A stretch of DNA of 60,401 nt from Promethearchaeota archaeon Loki_b32 (GCA_005223125.1 NJBH01000024.1:1-60401); one strand, 5' to 3'; counted from the stretch's first letter, positions 1-10,976 are shown. The notes: a model not told the origin generated them from the letters alone. Program-made: numbers and translations.

Positions 1-1
1 T

Positions 2-478
2 CTTTGGGGAATATTTCCATCAATGCAACCATTAACAGCAGAATGCTTTGCTCCCATAAATCAATATCCCGCTATATTAAATGACATTGATCAATGGGAC
101 ATGGAACATGATGAAGATATACGAAAAATATTTGAAATTACCAAAATTCGGTCTATAGCAGGAAGTGGTCCTGTTTTGCTTATAGATGGCAATAATGTGG
201 AAATAACATGTGGATTTACAAGTTTCTGGAGTTATTATAATGGAGAAGTTCATAAATTTATAGATGAAATAAATCTAAAGCTATGGGAATCATTATTAAA
301 AAGAGTTACTGAGCAGGGTGTGCAATGGTATATGATGGGAGATTTTATGTCGCGTTTAATGGTAGATTTAGGAGCATATTCAGAAGAATTTTATAATTTA
401 ATGAAATCAATAAAAAAAACTCTTGACCCAAATATGATTTTAAGTAGAGGAAAATTTAATTTTTGGGGTGAAAAATAA
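2..478 (+). CDS. FAD-linked oxidoreductase (GlcD/D-lactate dehydrogenase family), C-terminal part; gene starts before the window
   Basis: Frame open from position 2 (LWGIFPSM...). C-terminal IKKTLDPNMILSRGK motif. Colinear paralog of 12263-13768. Confidence 0.85.
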   Translation, partial: LWGIFPSMQPLTAECFAPINQYPAILNDIDQWDMEHDEDIRKIFEITKIRSIAGSGPVLLIDGNNVEITCGFTSFWSYYNGEVHKFIDEINLKLWESLLKRVTEQGVQWYMMGDFMSRLMVDLGAYSEEFYNLMKSIKKTLDPNMILSRGKFNFWGEK

Positions 479-480
479 AA

Positions 481-540
481 GTGAGTGAATTGAAACATTT
501 AAAGGAAGAATGGGAGGCTAAATTCACCTCTATTAGGTTT
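481..540 (+). pseudogene. Truncated N-terminal remnant of an Fe-S oxidoreductase paralog
   Basis: GTG at 481 reads MSELKHLKEEWEAKFTSIR, which aligns with MDDMKNLRKQWQAVFSC at 10977. It runs into the 3' end of the island gene. Confidence 0.5.
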
Positions 541-1621
541 AGGAAGAAAAATTTTCTCCCTTTAACCAAACAATAAATGAATCTTCAGACTCTTCTTTTG
601 GAGGTTCTTCTTTGTCATATTTGTAATTTACAGGTCTGCAAACTACTAAAGAAACATTGTCTAATAAAACACCTGCTAAGCTAGATCCTATTGATTGAGC
701 TTTTGACCCAAATGGAGAGATTATAATATGAAATTGATCATTAAAGATTCTTTTTTTAGAATCATAAAATTCTTTTATACCTAAAAAGAATTCAAAAGGA
801 TTATTATAAGGTAAATATAACATTTTATCAAATTGAAAATATTTATTAAAAAATTCTTTATTTTTTAGGAGAATATTAGTCGATTCCTCAGGCCATTGAG
901 TTGGAAATGTAATAATGGGATATAAACTTGCATTTTTTTTAAATTGTCGTTGATCTAAAACAAGCTTTATTAAATTTGGATCATATGATAAGATAGGCAA
1001 CCAAAAAACCATAGCATCCTTTTTCAATTCTTTTTCAAATAATGGTAAATTAATACTTAGATCATAATTCTCTACATTATGGTCGAAAGTAAATCCTCCC
1101 TTATTTGTCCATATAATAAATAAATTTGCTGTATCAACTAATTCATAAAAAATTTTGATTAAAGGAATAAATATTGCTCGAGGAATCGCTGAAACATCTA
1201 AAAAAATATTTTTATAATTTTTTATTTCGATTTTATCATTTATAATATTATAAATTTCTTCATGTCCAACTATATTTTCATATTCATTTATTCTGTTGTA
1301 TGGGATGATCCTTAAATTTAACTTATACTCATCTTTCAATTTTTCTAAATTCTTTATATTCTCACTTGTTTTCTCGTCAATTTCCTTACTTTCTTCTATC
1401 CCGTAACCTTTTATTTCTTCTGATATTGAACTATGAGATTTTAAATAGAAATAAAAAAAATCAACTTTTAATTTTTCCAATTTCTTTAATTTAACTAATG
1501 ATTCTAAAGATGAGAAGGATCTTAATTCAAATCCAACATTTGCTATAAAAAGTGAGTTATCAAAATCGAAGCATTTAATGAACTCTCTCCATTCTTCAAA
1601 ATAGTACCAATTTTCAAACAT
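539..1621 (-). CDS. Hypothetical protein with two CARF-like/Rossmann-like halves (third gene of PRTase-ATPase operon)
   Basis: Motifs FIANVGFELRS...IFLDVSAIPR and WLPILSYD...IIISPFGSKAQS resemble the strand-turn-helix signature of CARF/DUF6293-like domains. The fold call is inference. Confidence 0.55.
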   Translation of the reverse strand: MFENWYYFEEWREFIKCFDFDNSLFIANVGFELRSFSSLESLVKLKKLEKLKVDFFYFYLKSHSSISEEIKGYGIEESKEIDEKTSENIKNLEKLKDEYKLNLRIIPYNRINEYENIVGHEEIYNIINDKIEIKNYKNIFLDVSAIPRAIFIPLIKIFYELVDTANLFIIWTNKGGFTFDHNVENYDLSINLPLFEKELKKDAMVFWLPILSYDPNLIKLVLDQRQFKKNASLYPIITFPTQWPEESTNILLKNKEFFNKYFQFDKMLYLPYNNPFEFFLGIKEFYDSKKRIFNDQFHIIISPFGSKAQSIGSSLAGVLLDNVSLVVCRPVNYKYDKEEPPKEESEDSFIVWLKGENFSS

Positions 1622-1629
1622 TTTAAAAC

Positions 1630-3714
1630 CTAGATGTTGTGATTCTTAATGAAATCAAATAATGTTTCCTTTACTCTCTTTTCTGGAGGAATTTTTCCTT
1701 TAATTATATAGTTTATAATTTGATTATAATCCAATATTCTATACCCACCATATTTTATAGGTAAATTGTAATAAACGCATATTAATCTGTTGAAATAAAA
1801 TGCATATTCAGATTTCTTTTGGAATTCTCGACTATAACCCTTACTGATGTCCTTAGAAATTATATATGAATTAGCTAGTGCTTCATTAATAAAATTATTT
1901 TGTTTTAATGATAAAAAATCTTCTAGTTTAGAAAGAGCAAAACCAGTTCGTCCATTATCATATGACAAACGAATATTAAATTGATCACGTAAGAGTTTTT
2001 CGATAGTATTAATGAAGTTAAATAATAATTTCCCATATTTAGTACTTTTTATCAACTTATCTTTATACTTCAATTTAGCATATTCATGAATTGCCTCATT
2101 TTGAAGTTTGTAGTTAATTTCGGGAAATTCAAAAATAGAACCATATTGTTTTATTTGCCAGGCAAAATATTTTCTAAAAATACTGTCTAAAATCTCAAAT
2201 AAATCCTTAATGACATATGATGAAATTTTAATAATTGTATTAACTCCTGAATAAATCTTTTTTTTTTTTTCTTCTTTAGCAATTAAGAACAGACACATAT
2301 TTTTCATATTTCCAAAATTTTCAATTCTTTCACGATTGTTCTTGAGATTGCCCTTGATTTTGACCAAATTATGAATAGGGAGTTGATTTTTATATTCTCT
2401 CGCTGTAAGCCCTTCGCATATTCTTCTATCAATTGGATTTTCAATTGACATTAAAAATCGATATATATCTGATAAATAAATCAAATCTGTTATAAACTTT
2501 TTATCATTTATTAAATCAGATCCTTTAAGAATATTATTCACATTAGATTCATTCAAGGGTTCATCATAATTCATTATATTTTGAAAAGTTTCAATAGAAT
2601 CAAGTTTTTTAAGGACATTTTTTGAACATCGTTTAAAAAAACTATCGCTTTTTATCAAAGAACTATTTTCAGAATAAATTTTTGCTTCTTTTAATGGATC
2701 TAATTTAGGAAATACTTCTTCAATTTTGTTGAAATAATAATTATATTTTCTCAATCGGTAAATAATTATATCTTTCGCCATTTTTGAATAATAATTCTTT
2801 TTAGAATTAATTAGAATATAATCTAAATCGATAATAATAAGATCTCTTGTATCAAAATTATTCAATTTCTTACTTATAGAGGGTTTATCTCTACTTAATA
2901 ACTTAATTTCAAGTTTTTTGGTCCTCCTTCCAAATATTTCCAGTATAGGTTCGATTAAATTATCTGGTAGCCATGATAAATCATCCAATAACAATATTAT
3001 TCTTCTCAAGCCTAGTGGATTAGAATTTGTAATATCATTAATCACATCAGAAAAAAATTCTTCAGAATAAAATCTTAACTGATTTTTTTTTTCCTCAATT
3101 GATTTATAAGTACTTAAGAAATTACTTATTAAATCTAATTTTTCTCTGATTACTTTTTTTAGTTCATTTAATGTAGTTGTAGTTTTTATAAAATCAGGTA
3201 TATTTTCACTTTGCCATTCAAATTTGGTGTTTAAATTAAATAAACATTCAGTTTTTTTGAAAAAATTCTCTATATTTGATATAAATTGCATAATTACGAA
3301 AATTGAGAAATAAAAAATGAATAATTTTTTCCATTCATCTCCTTTGAGTCTTGATCCATAGAAATTCTTATTCAAATCTTCATGTAAATTTATATAAAAA
3401 CCAAAGAAAGGTAAAATCTCATTTTTATTAGATGATTTCAAATATTCATATAAAAAATCAAATTTTTTAAGATTTTTACTATTAACCTCTAATACTACAT
3501 CCCATACTAATAATCGGATTAAACTTGATTTTCCGGTTCCAGGAGCACCAAGCAAGATATTATCAATACTCTTAAAAATTGCTGTCAATTCCGGTATCTT
3601 GAATGGTTCAACTGATAATGAATAGATGTAATCCTTAACGTCAGTATTTAATAATTCATTTCTCCCAATTTGAAATGGATTAGGAGGTGCATCAAAATTT
3701 CGTCTTTTTATCAT
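1630..3714 (-). CDS. Large P-loop ATPase, STAND/ORC-CDC6-like
   Basis: N-terminal NPF, Walker A LLGAPGTGKSS, Walker B IILLLDD. 694 aa. Separated from its neighbours by 8-10 nt. Confidence 0.75.
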   Translation of the reverse strand: MIKRRNFDAPPNPFQIGRNELLNTDVKDYIYSLSVEPFKIPELTAIFKSIDNILLGAPGTGKSSLIRLLVWDVVLEVNSKNLKKFDFLYEYLKSSNKNEILPFFGFYINLHEDLNKNFYGSRLKGDEWKKLFIFYFSIFVIMQFISNIENFFKKTECLFNLNTKFEWQSENIPDFIKTTTTLNELKKVIREKLDLISNFLSTYKSIEEKKNQLRFYSEEFFSDVINDITNSNPLGLRRIILLLDDLSWLPDNLIEPILEIFGRRTKKLEIKLLSRDKPSISKKLNNFDTRDLIIIDLDYILINSKKNYYSKMAKDIIIYRLRKYNYYFNKIEEVFPKLDPLKEAKIYSENSSLIKSDSFFKRCSKNVLKKLDSIETFQNIMNYDEPLNESNVNNILKGSDLINDKKFITDLIYLSDIYRFLMSIENPIDRRICEGLTAREYKNQLPIHNLVKIKGNLKNNRERIENFGNMKNMCLFLIAKEEKKKKIYSGVNTIIKISSYVIKDLFEILDSIFRKYFAWQIKQYGSIFEFPEINYKLQNEAIHEYAKLKYKDKLIKSTKYGKLLFNFINTIEKLLRDQFNIRLSYDNGRTGFALSKLEDFLSLKQNNFINEALANSYIISKDISKGYSREFQKKSEYAFYFNRLICVYYNLPIKYGGYRILDYNQIINYIIKGKIPPEKRVKETLFDFIKNHNI

Positions 3715-3724
3715 GATAGAAACT

Positions 3725-4921
3725 CTATTTTTTATGTCTTTCTACTCGAGGAAATAATGGTCTCCAATTGTCTGGATACCAAATTAAATAAACTGTATTA
3801 TTTGGTACATTATTGTATCTAACTATGGATAATCCTCTATTTCCAAACCCATATTTAATTCCATCACCTAATTTATAGGGGGGCTTTAATGTAGGTTCTA
3901 TTCTTTCGTAATAATCATCACATAAATTCTTAAATCCTTTTGCATCTTCTCTTTTAATGTTTCTAAGTTCTGAATTTGAACATTCCTCTATAACTCTCAG
4001 TTCATTCGGAATAACTAACTGAGGCAAAATATGTATTTTGTCATAGTTGATAATATAATTTAAGTTTCCATAATATTTTAACATAGATTCTAATCGACAT
4101 TTGGAAAAGTATGTTATAATATAGGGGCAATATATAATTTGATAATCTTTATTAAAATCAAGTAAATGATTCCAATAACTTATAAATTTAATAAGTTGAC
4201 CTCTGAGTTCAGGTTTCTTTAATTTCTCATTTATTTTAATTTCATTAGTGTTTTGAATAGTGTCAATATTTTTCTCAGATAACCAAAATTCGATATTATT
4301 CTTATCTCTCAAGAAAGTAGTACCAGTTCCTACAAAATCTTCAAGCAGGAAAAAAAACCTATACGTTTTTTTTCTTTCTTCAAAATTTTTAAAAGCTATT
4401 TCAAATTGAGCATCAGTATGTAATTTGTAATATGATATTGTTTGATCATTATCTTCTATATTGAATCTTCGAAAATCATCAATCATAGCACCATCACTCA
4501 ATGCAATAAATAAAGATTGATTTAGATAATCCTTTAGATATTTGAAGGCTTTATCATATTCTAAGGAACCATATTCATCATTTTCTTCAATTATTTTATT
4601 CAAGAGATATTTTCTTATTTTTTCTCGAAAAATTTGATGTGAAAGTATCTTCATTTCTTCTCTAGTAAAAAATATCACACAATCTAATACTTTTAATGCC
4701 TTCATTCTATCTTCTGGTTTGAAATCTTTTAACCATAAATAGAGATGCTGAAAAAAACTTAAACCAGGGGAAAAATGTTCATAATTCTTGAATTTTACCT
4801 CATTTAGAAATATTAGATTTTCTTTAAACTCATCATCAAGTTTAAAGTCTACTAATTCATCAATTTTATTAAGTATAAAAGTATCTTCCGCCCAAAGTGA
4901 TTCCATAATTATCCTTTTCAT
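3725..4921 (-). CDS. Phosphoribosyltransferase-like protein of the conflict-system-associated type
   Basis: PRPP-binding loop FFLLEDFVGTGTT. C-terminal YGFG...NNVPNNT...W...WRPLFPR. Confidence 0.75.
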   Translation of the reverse strand: MKRIIMESLWAEDTFILNKIDELVDFKLDDEFKENLIFLNEVKFKNYEHFSPGLSFFQHLYLWLKDFKPEDRMKALKVLDCVIFFTREEMKILSHQIFREKIRKYLLNKIIEENDEYGSLEYDKAFKYLKDYLNQSLFIALSDGAMIDDFRRFNIEDNDQTISYYKLHTDAQFEIAFKNFEERKKTYRFFFLLEDFVGTGTTFLRDKNNIEFWLSEKNIDTIQNTNEIKINEKLKKPELRGQLIKFISYWNHLLDFNKDYQIIYCPYIITYFSKCRLESMLKYYGNLNYIINYDKIHILPQLVIPNELRVIEECSNSELRNIKREDAKGFKNLCDDYYERIEPTLKPPYKLGDGIKYGFGNRGLSIVRYNNVPNNTVYLIWYPDNWRPLFPRVERHKK

Positions 4922-5047
4922 CCAAAATAGTTAAAATTTTAAATTTTTTAATTATTTCATAATTTATAACAATTTATTTAAATATCTGTCTCTTAATTTT
5001 TATATAAATATAATAATTTAAAAATCTTAACGAATTGGATATTTTTT

Positions 5048-7180
5048 ATGGTGTCTAAAGAGATTTTTATTACTGGTTTAATAACTACTGATCATATTGT
5101 AATCGAGAACGGAGGATATAAGAGTTATTTGGGTTCTATTGGAGGGGGTTCTGCTGCAAATGTATATTTTACCTTGAAAACTTTTAATACTCCGGCTAAA
5201 TTGATTGGGGCAGTAGGCGAAAAAAAGCCTTACTTATCCAAAGTTGCGATAAAAGATTTTATTAATGATTTAGATGAAAATATAATCTACCATAGTAAAA
5301 ATTCCGAAACTAGGGAATATTATCATATAATAGAAAGAAAAAATGGTACATGGAGACATAAATTTAGTTCTGCTTCACCTTTTTCAAATTCTAAGCAATC
5401 TTTCTCAGTGCAATTAAGGAAATCATACTTCTTCAAGAAATTCAATGATTCAATAATGAGTTGTGCTATTTTTTACTTAGATCGGCTTTCTAAAGGATTG
5501 CTTGAATTAGCAGAAATTGCTAAAAAACGACAGATACCTATAATTTTTGATTTTGGTACTATTTCTACAAGATACTTAAAGACTAATCTAATCTTAAAAG
5601 CTATTAAAATGGCAAATATTATACAAATTCCTAAAAATATTCATGAGTTTTTAAGAAGTCAATTAGAATTTAAAAAACTCCAAGATATTAATCCCAATAT
5701 TGATATATGGGTACTTACTGATGGATCTAACCCATTAAAGGCATATCATTCAAAAATTGGGGAGATTGTCATGGATATTCCTCACTTGGATAATACTATT
5801 GATAGTGGTGGGGCTGGTGATGCTTTTATGGCAATTATGATTAGACAAATATATTTTCTAAGAAAAGATAATAAAAAAATAATTGATATGGATAGAGGTC
5901 AATTTGAGGTATTTATTAAAAATTGTATCGAAAATGCTAAAAAAGCATGTATGTTTATTGGATCAAGAACCTATTTATACGAATATATAGAGAGTAGAAA
6001 TAAATTTCGTAGTTTAAATGATTATTTTAGTAATTATGAATATAATGGAAATAATATTGAAAAATCCAAAGCATTAATAGAAAATTATGGAAAGAGGATT
6101 CAAGAAATAAATGATAGTATGAATCAGAGAATAAATAAAGAAAATTTAAAATTAAAAAAAGGCCTAAATCAATTTGAGAGTAATCTTTTAAATATTTCTA
6201 AATTTATTCCTTACGTTTTAGAAAAAACTGTAGAGTCTTTGAATATTAAAGATTTAGGAGGTTCCTTAATATTAATAGGCTCTGGAGCTTCTTTTAGTGT
6301 CGCTAAAGCAATACAGCAAATTTTCTCCCCACCAAATAATGTTCTATCAACTTATTCTTTCACACCTTATCAATACATATTAAAAATTAATGAGAATTAT
6401 CCAATTTGTATTATAAGTTACAGCGGTACTAATAATGATGTTAAAAGTTGTTTTAAAAAGGCTAAATTAAATAAAAGCAAAAAAATTTATCTTTTAACCA
6501 GTAATCGTGATTCAGTTTTATCCAAACAAGTTGAAAAGCATACAGGTGGAAAGGTTTTCTATATTAATACCTACAAAAGTGAAAAGGGATTTGTTGGAGT
6601 ATATTCGATGATTGGTAATATTTGTGTATTGGCAAAAATATTACTAAGCAATAATTGGAAATCAGAATATTCAGAATACCTTTCTGAAAAAAACTTACAT
6701 AAATTAATAAATAGTTATATTGTAAAAATGAGTAAGAAGATTCAATTAATTAAAAATAAAAACCCATCAATAAAAAACCATATCGTAGCTCTGGGTACAA
6801 ATTGGGCTGAACCAGTATTATACGATCTAGAATCAAAGATAGTTGAATCAAATTTGGGAACAATTGAAATTTCAGAATTAAAAAATTTTACACATGGAAG
6901 ATATGTCAATCTTTATAAAAATCCTGAGAATAGACTTGTGTTAATTTTCAAAACACCTGAGACTGAAAATTTAACGGATTTTCTTACTGAAAAATTATCA
7001 AAAATTGCACCAACCATAGTTTTAGAGACTAAAAAAGAGAGTTTTTTAGGAATGATCGATTTATTCATACAAATGTTAGTTTTCATTAATGAATTAGGTA
7101 AAATATATCATCAAGATCCATCAAAACCCGGTTTCCCTGAAGCAGCAAAGGGTTTATACAATTGGAATGGTTTATTGTGA
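5048..7180 (+). CDS. PfkB-family sugar kinase fused to two SIS (sugar isomerase) domains
   Basis: GGGSAANV and DSGGAGDAF (PfkB signatures). LIGSGAS, ISYSGTN and ELKNFTHG (GlmS-like tandem SIS). Confidence 0.85.
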   Translation: MVSKEIFITGLITTDHIVIENGGYKSYLGSIGGGSAANVYFTLKTFNTPAKLIGAVGEKKPYLSKVAIKDFINDLDENIIYHSKNSETREYYHIIERKNGTWRHKFSSASPFSNSKQSFSVQLRKSYFFKKFNDSIMSCAIFYLDRLSKGLLELAEIAKKRQIPIIFDFGTISTRYLKTNLILKAIKMANIIQIPKNIHEFLRSQLEFKKLQDINPNIDIWVLTDGSNPLKAYHSKIGEIVMDIPHLDNTIDSGGAGDAFMAIMIRQIYFLRKDNKKIIDMDRGQFEVFIKNCIENAKKACMFIGSRTYLYEYIESRNKFRSLNDYFSNYEYNGNNIEKSKALIENYGKRIQEINDSMNQRINKENLKLKKGLNQFESNLLNISKFIPYVLEKTVESLNIKDLGGSLILIGSGASFSVAKAIQQIFSPPNNVLSTYSFTPYQYILKINENYPICIISYSGTNNDVKSCFKKAKLNKSKKIYLLTSNRDSVLSKQVEKHTGGKVFYINTYKSEKGFVGVYSMIGNICVLAKILLSNNWKSEYSEYLSEKNLHKLINSYIVKMSKKIQLIKNKNPSIKNHIVALGTNWAEPVLYDLESKIVESNLGTIEISELKNFTHGRYVNLYKNPENRLVLIFKTPETENLTDFLTEKLSKIAPTIVLETKKESFLGMIDLFIQMLVFINELGKIYHQDPSKPGFPEAAKGLYNWNGLL

Positions 7181-8042
7181 TTATGTTATGGTAGAATCTT
7201 TTTTCAAGCTAAGAACCTTTCCTAAAAATTCTATTTATAATATAATCAATGCTAAACTAAGAAAGATCGATAAGTTTAAACCCTTTTTGTTAAAAACTTT
7301 AGATAAAAATCTTAAATCGATCTTTAAAACCCATTTTAGAGGCTTAGCCTTAGATTTTGATGGAACTCTAATTCCTTTAAAGGATAGATATCAGATTGTT
7401 GAATCCAGCATTTTAAGAATATTACTTTTATTAAATCGCAAAAAATTTCCGATATTTATATTAACTGGAAGAGGTAAGTCCATATTCCAACAAATTCCCT
7501 TTAATGAGTTCATACATATTAATCATATTATTATTGTTCAATATAATGGAGGACGACTAAGATATGGTAATCAAGATTTAATTAAAGAGGAAAATATGAA
7601 AACAATTAAAAATTATTGTGAAGTAAAGATGATTTTAGATAAAAATGAAATTCAATATGCAGAAAAAGTCTCTGGATTCTTCTGTCAAACGACTTTTGGG
7701 AGTGATCAGATTTTTAATGCAATTCAAGAAAAATATAAAAATTGGAATGTTTTGAATACAAAATATAGTTTTGATATAGTGCCTTCTCATATATCTAAAG
7801 GTTTAGCTTTAAAATATTCATCAAAATTATTTTGCAAATTAAAAAATAGCTTAATATTGAAAATTGGAGATTCGGGAGATATTAATGGAAATGATTACAG
7901 CTTTCTTAAAATGAAAAACAGTTTTTCTGTTGGTGATTATTCTTCAGATCTGAACACAAATTTTCCAGTAGTTGATGAAAATAATATTCATTTAAAAGGT
8001 CCTGACGGTTTAAGATATCTTTTTTCTTATTTTTCTATTTAA
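7167..8042 (+). CDS. HAD-superfamily subclass IIB phosphatase
   Basis: LALDFDGTL, ILTGRG, SKG, IGDSGDINGND. Overlaps the upstream gene by 14 nt. Confidence 0.85.
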   Translation: MVYCDYVMVESFFKLRTFPKNSIYNIINAKLRKIDKFKPFLLKTLDKNLKSIFKTHFRGLALDFDGTLIPLKDRYQIVESSILRILLLLNRKKFPIFILTGRGKSIFQQIPFNEFIHINHIIIVQYNGGRLRYGNQDLIKEENMKTIKNYCEVKMILDKNEIQYAEKVSGFFCQTTFGSDQIFNAIQEKYKNWNVLNTKYSFDIVPSHISKGLALKYSSKLFCKLKNSLILKIGDSGDINGNDYSFLKMKNSFSVGDYSSDLNTNFPVVDENNIHLKGPDGLRYLFSYFSI

Positions 8043-8118
8043 TAATATATTTGAAAAAATGGAGAATAATTTACACCCTTTTTTTATTTATATACTTTTT
8101 TAATAATAATAAATATTA

Positions 8119-9570
8119 ATGGAAATATCTAAGATAAGAAATGCATTAAGAAATATTGATTGGTCTAAAATTTGCAATTGTTGGAGTGTGGAAGTTCGGA
8201 AAAATCAGTATTCTCAATATCAAAAAATCACTTTAAATCCATATCAAGAATGTTCTGATAATAATCCTTTATATAAGCATAAAGATTGGCTAAAATATCT
8301 TTATTATAGTGAAGATTTTCAAATGACTGATGAAAAACTTGCTAAATTATGTAATATTACAAAGGATGCAGTATATTACTGGAGAAAAAAGATACATGAT
8401 CTTAAAGGAAAGGATGAATGGGGTGAAGGTCGCTGGATTGATAATAGGAGTAAAAGAATATACATCAGAGTTCCAAAAGATTATAATCATCCCCAATTGA
8501 CTTTAGAAAAGGGAAGAAAGCGGTTATATAGACCTGAACACACATATCTTATGGAAAAGTTCTTATCTGACCGTCCAGAATTGGAAATCTCTCATAAATA
8601 TCTAATTGATGGAAAATATTTAAAAAAACAATGTGAAGTACATCATATTAATTTTAATCCCCAAGATAACCGAATTGAAAACCTATGGGTATATGAAAAC
8701 AAGAATTCACATGCTAAAGGAGAGAAATCGATAAGAAAAGTATTTTCAATTCTAATAAAATCAAATTGTATTGTTTTTATAAAAGGTAAATATTACTTTA
8801 ACCAAAACCTTGATATTAATTGTGTATCTCGTCCAGAAATAATCAATTTAGAAAGAAATCAATCCAAAAATAATCCAATTAATAATATGTGTTTAAACGA
8901 AATTCAAGAAGCAATAAAAACGATAAATTGGAATAATATTTCTAGAAATTGGAAAGTAATTAAACATTATAATCAATTTAAAGAAGAAATAATCAACCTA
9001 AATCCATATAAAAATTGCTCCGATGAGAATCCTCTTTACATGCATAAAGAATAGTTTAAGAGGATATATACTGATCCCCGTTTTAACCTTTCCGATTCAA
9101 AACTAGGAAAAATCTGTAGTATTTCTAAAGATAAAGCAAGATATTGGAGAAAAAAAGTACACAGAATTGAAGGAAAAAAGGAGTGGGGAATTGAACGGAT
9201 AATTGATAAATCTGATGGTCGTGTCTGGGTACGTGTACCTAAAACCTATTACAATCCCGTTGTAGATAAAGGAAAATATCATAGAAGAATTATGATTGAA
9301 CATCGTTATATTATGGAGAAATACTTATCAAAACATCCTGAATGGGGTATTTCGAGAAGATGTCTTATTGATGGAAAATATTTAAAATCAGAATGTGAAG
9401 TACACCACATTAATCTTGATTATCAAGATAACAGAATTGAGAATCTTTGGGTTTTTGAAACAAATGAAGCACATCAAGAAGCAAGAAGATCCTTATATGC
9501 ATTAGTAGAAACTTTATTGAATAGACGAATTATAAAATTTGAAGGTGGATTTTACAGATTAGAAAATTAA
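8119..9570 (+). pseudogene. Internally duplicated HTH-HNH endonuclease with one in-frame TAG (9052-9054)
   Basis: Two copies of HHIN...DNRIENLW...H. ORFs 8119-9054 and 9292-9570 share a frame. The TAG sits where repeat 1 has Trp (HKDWLK vs HKE*FK). Confidence 0.8.
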
Positions 9571-9687
9571 TTTAAAATAAAGATGTGGATCAAAAAGCAA
9601 AAAATATCATTATATGGATGAAAATCACATTTTCAAAAAAAGGCAATATTATTTTTTAATCTTGTTGATCTATTACTTTTTTAAGTT

Positions 9688-10803
9688 TCATAAAGAGCTT
9701 ACCCAATCTCTAAATTTTAATTCTTCAAAATCTATTGTACCTTCCTTCCCACCGAATAATTTCTTAAATTTTAGATCTAATCCTTCTTCTTTTATATTAG
9801 GATTTATTAATATTATATTTACATTTTTTTCTATATCTACTCGATTTAATCCTTTGATGAAATAATACTTTGATATAAAATCTGCATCAGGAAGAGAATA
9901 TCCTATAAGATATATGAAATCTGCTTTAGATAATTTCTGAATGATATTCAACCAAATTATATTAAATATTGGATTTTTGAAGTTTTTCAAATGAGTTAAT
10001 GGAATTATATTTTCTAATAATCTAACTCTTCTTAATGGATTTTCTCCAAATGAGTTAGGACATTCATAAAAATAAGAGGGATAGAATATGAGATTAATTC
10101 CAGGTAAGTAATAGTAATTATAACATTTAGGACAATATAACCAATTTAAAGAACTATGAGGTTTAAGGAGTAGTGGGACCTCATCAGAGTTAAAACTTAA
10201 GTTAATGTCAGAGTTCTTACATCTACACTCTTATACAACATCTTTCCAACTATATCCTGTTGATTCAATAAAATCTTTCATCGGAATAAAATCAAATCCA
10301 TAATTTAAGTCTTGGAAAATGGCTTTAACAGCATTATCTATTAAAGTATCATAATTAAATGAGATGATTGTGTCATTTTTATTTAATTTTTTAACAAAAC
10401 TTAGATAAGGTTCTGTCGTTCCGTCATCATTTAAAGATTTTTCTATGGACTTACAAATGGTCTCTCTGATAAGGAAAATAAAGTCCTCACGACGAATAAT
10501 TGTACGATCCCCTTCTGATTCATAAAGAAGAGATTCCTCTTTTTCGTAAGCAATATCGAATAATGTAAAGATATCTTCTATATTTGGTAAATTTGAATTT
10601 TGAATTTCCAGAAGGGAGTCTCCTACATAATATCTTGGATTTGGCTGAATCTCTAGAATTCTTGATAGTATATCTTCTGTATATAAAATATCTTTTTTCC
10701 GCTTAGATTTTAATATTTCAACATATTTATTTAAAAAATTATTTCCTAAAGGAGCACCAGCATGTAAGGATGCTCCAGCTCCAAATACAAAAATTCTATT
10801 CAT
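9688..10803 (-). pseudogene. SIR2-like (SIR2_2, defence-type) protein with one in-frame TAA (10231-10233)
   Basis: FVFGAGAS, ISFNYD, LKPHSSLNW, CPKC and IGYSLPDAD all lie in one frame across the stop. The canonical HGS reads HSS. Confidence 0.8.
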
Positions 10804-10976
10804 AATTTTTAAATTGATTATAACTTATTAAATTTCAATCAGATTCTTAATCTCATATTTAGATATGAAATAAAATATTTATATTTCAATGGTTCAATAT
10901 ATATCCATTAAAATATAAATATTTTAATAGATGTTGAATACTCAAAATTTTAAGAAATAGATTATTTTTGAGAGAT

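Noticed and set aside
10200-10245. Hairpin around the SIR2 stop as another BHB intron
   Set aside because: A stem exists (AGAGU/ACUCU, GAUGUU/GACAUU), but the bulge is 5 nt with no 4-bp helix plus 3-nt bulge geometry, and the gene shows other signs of decay.
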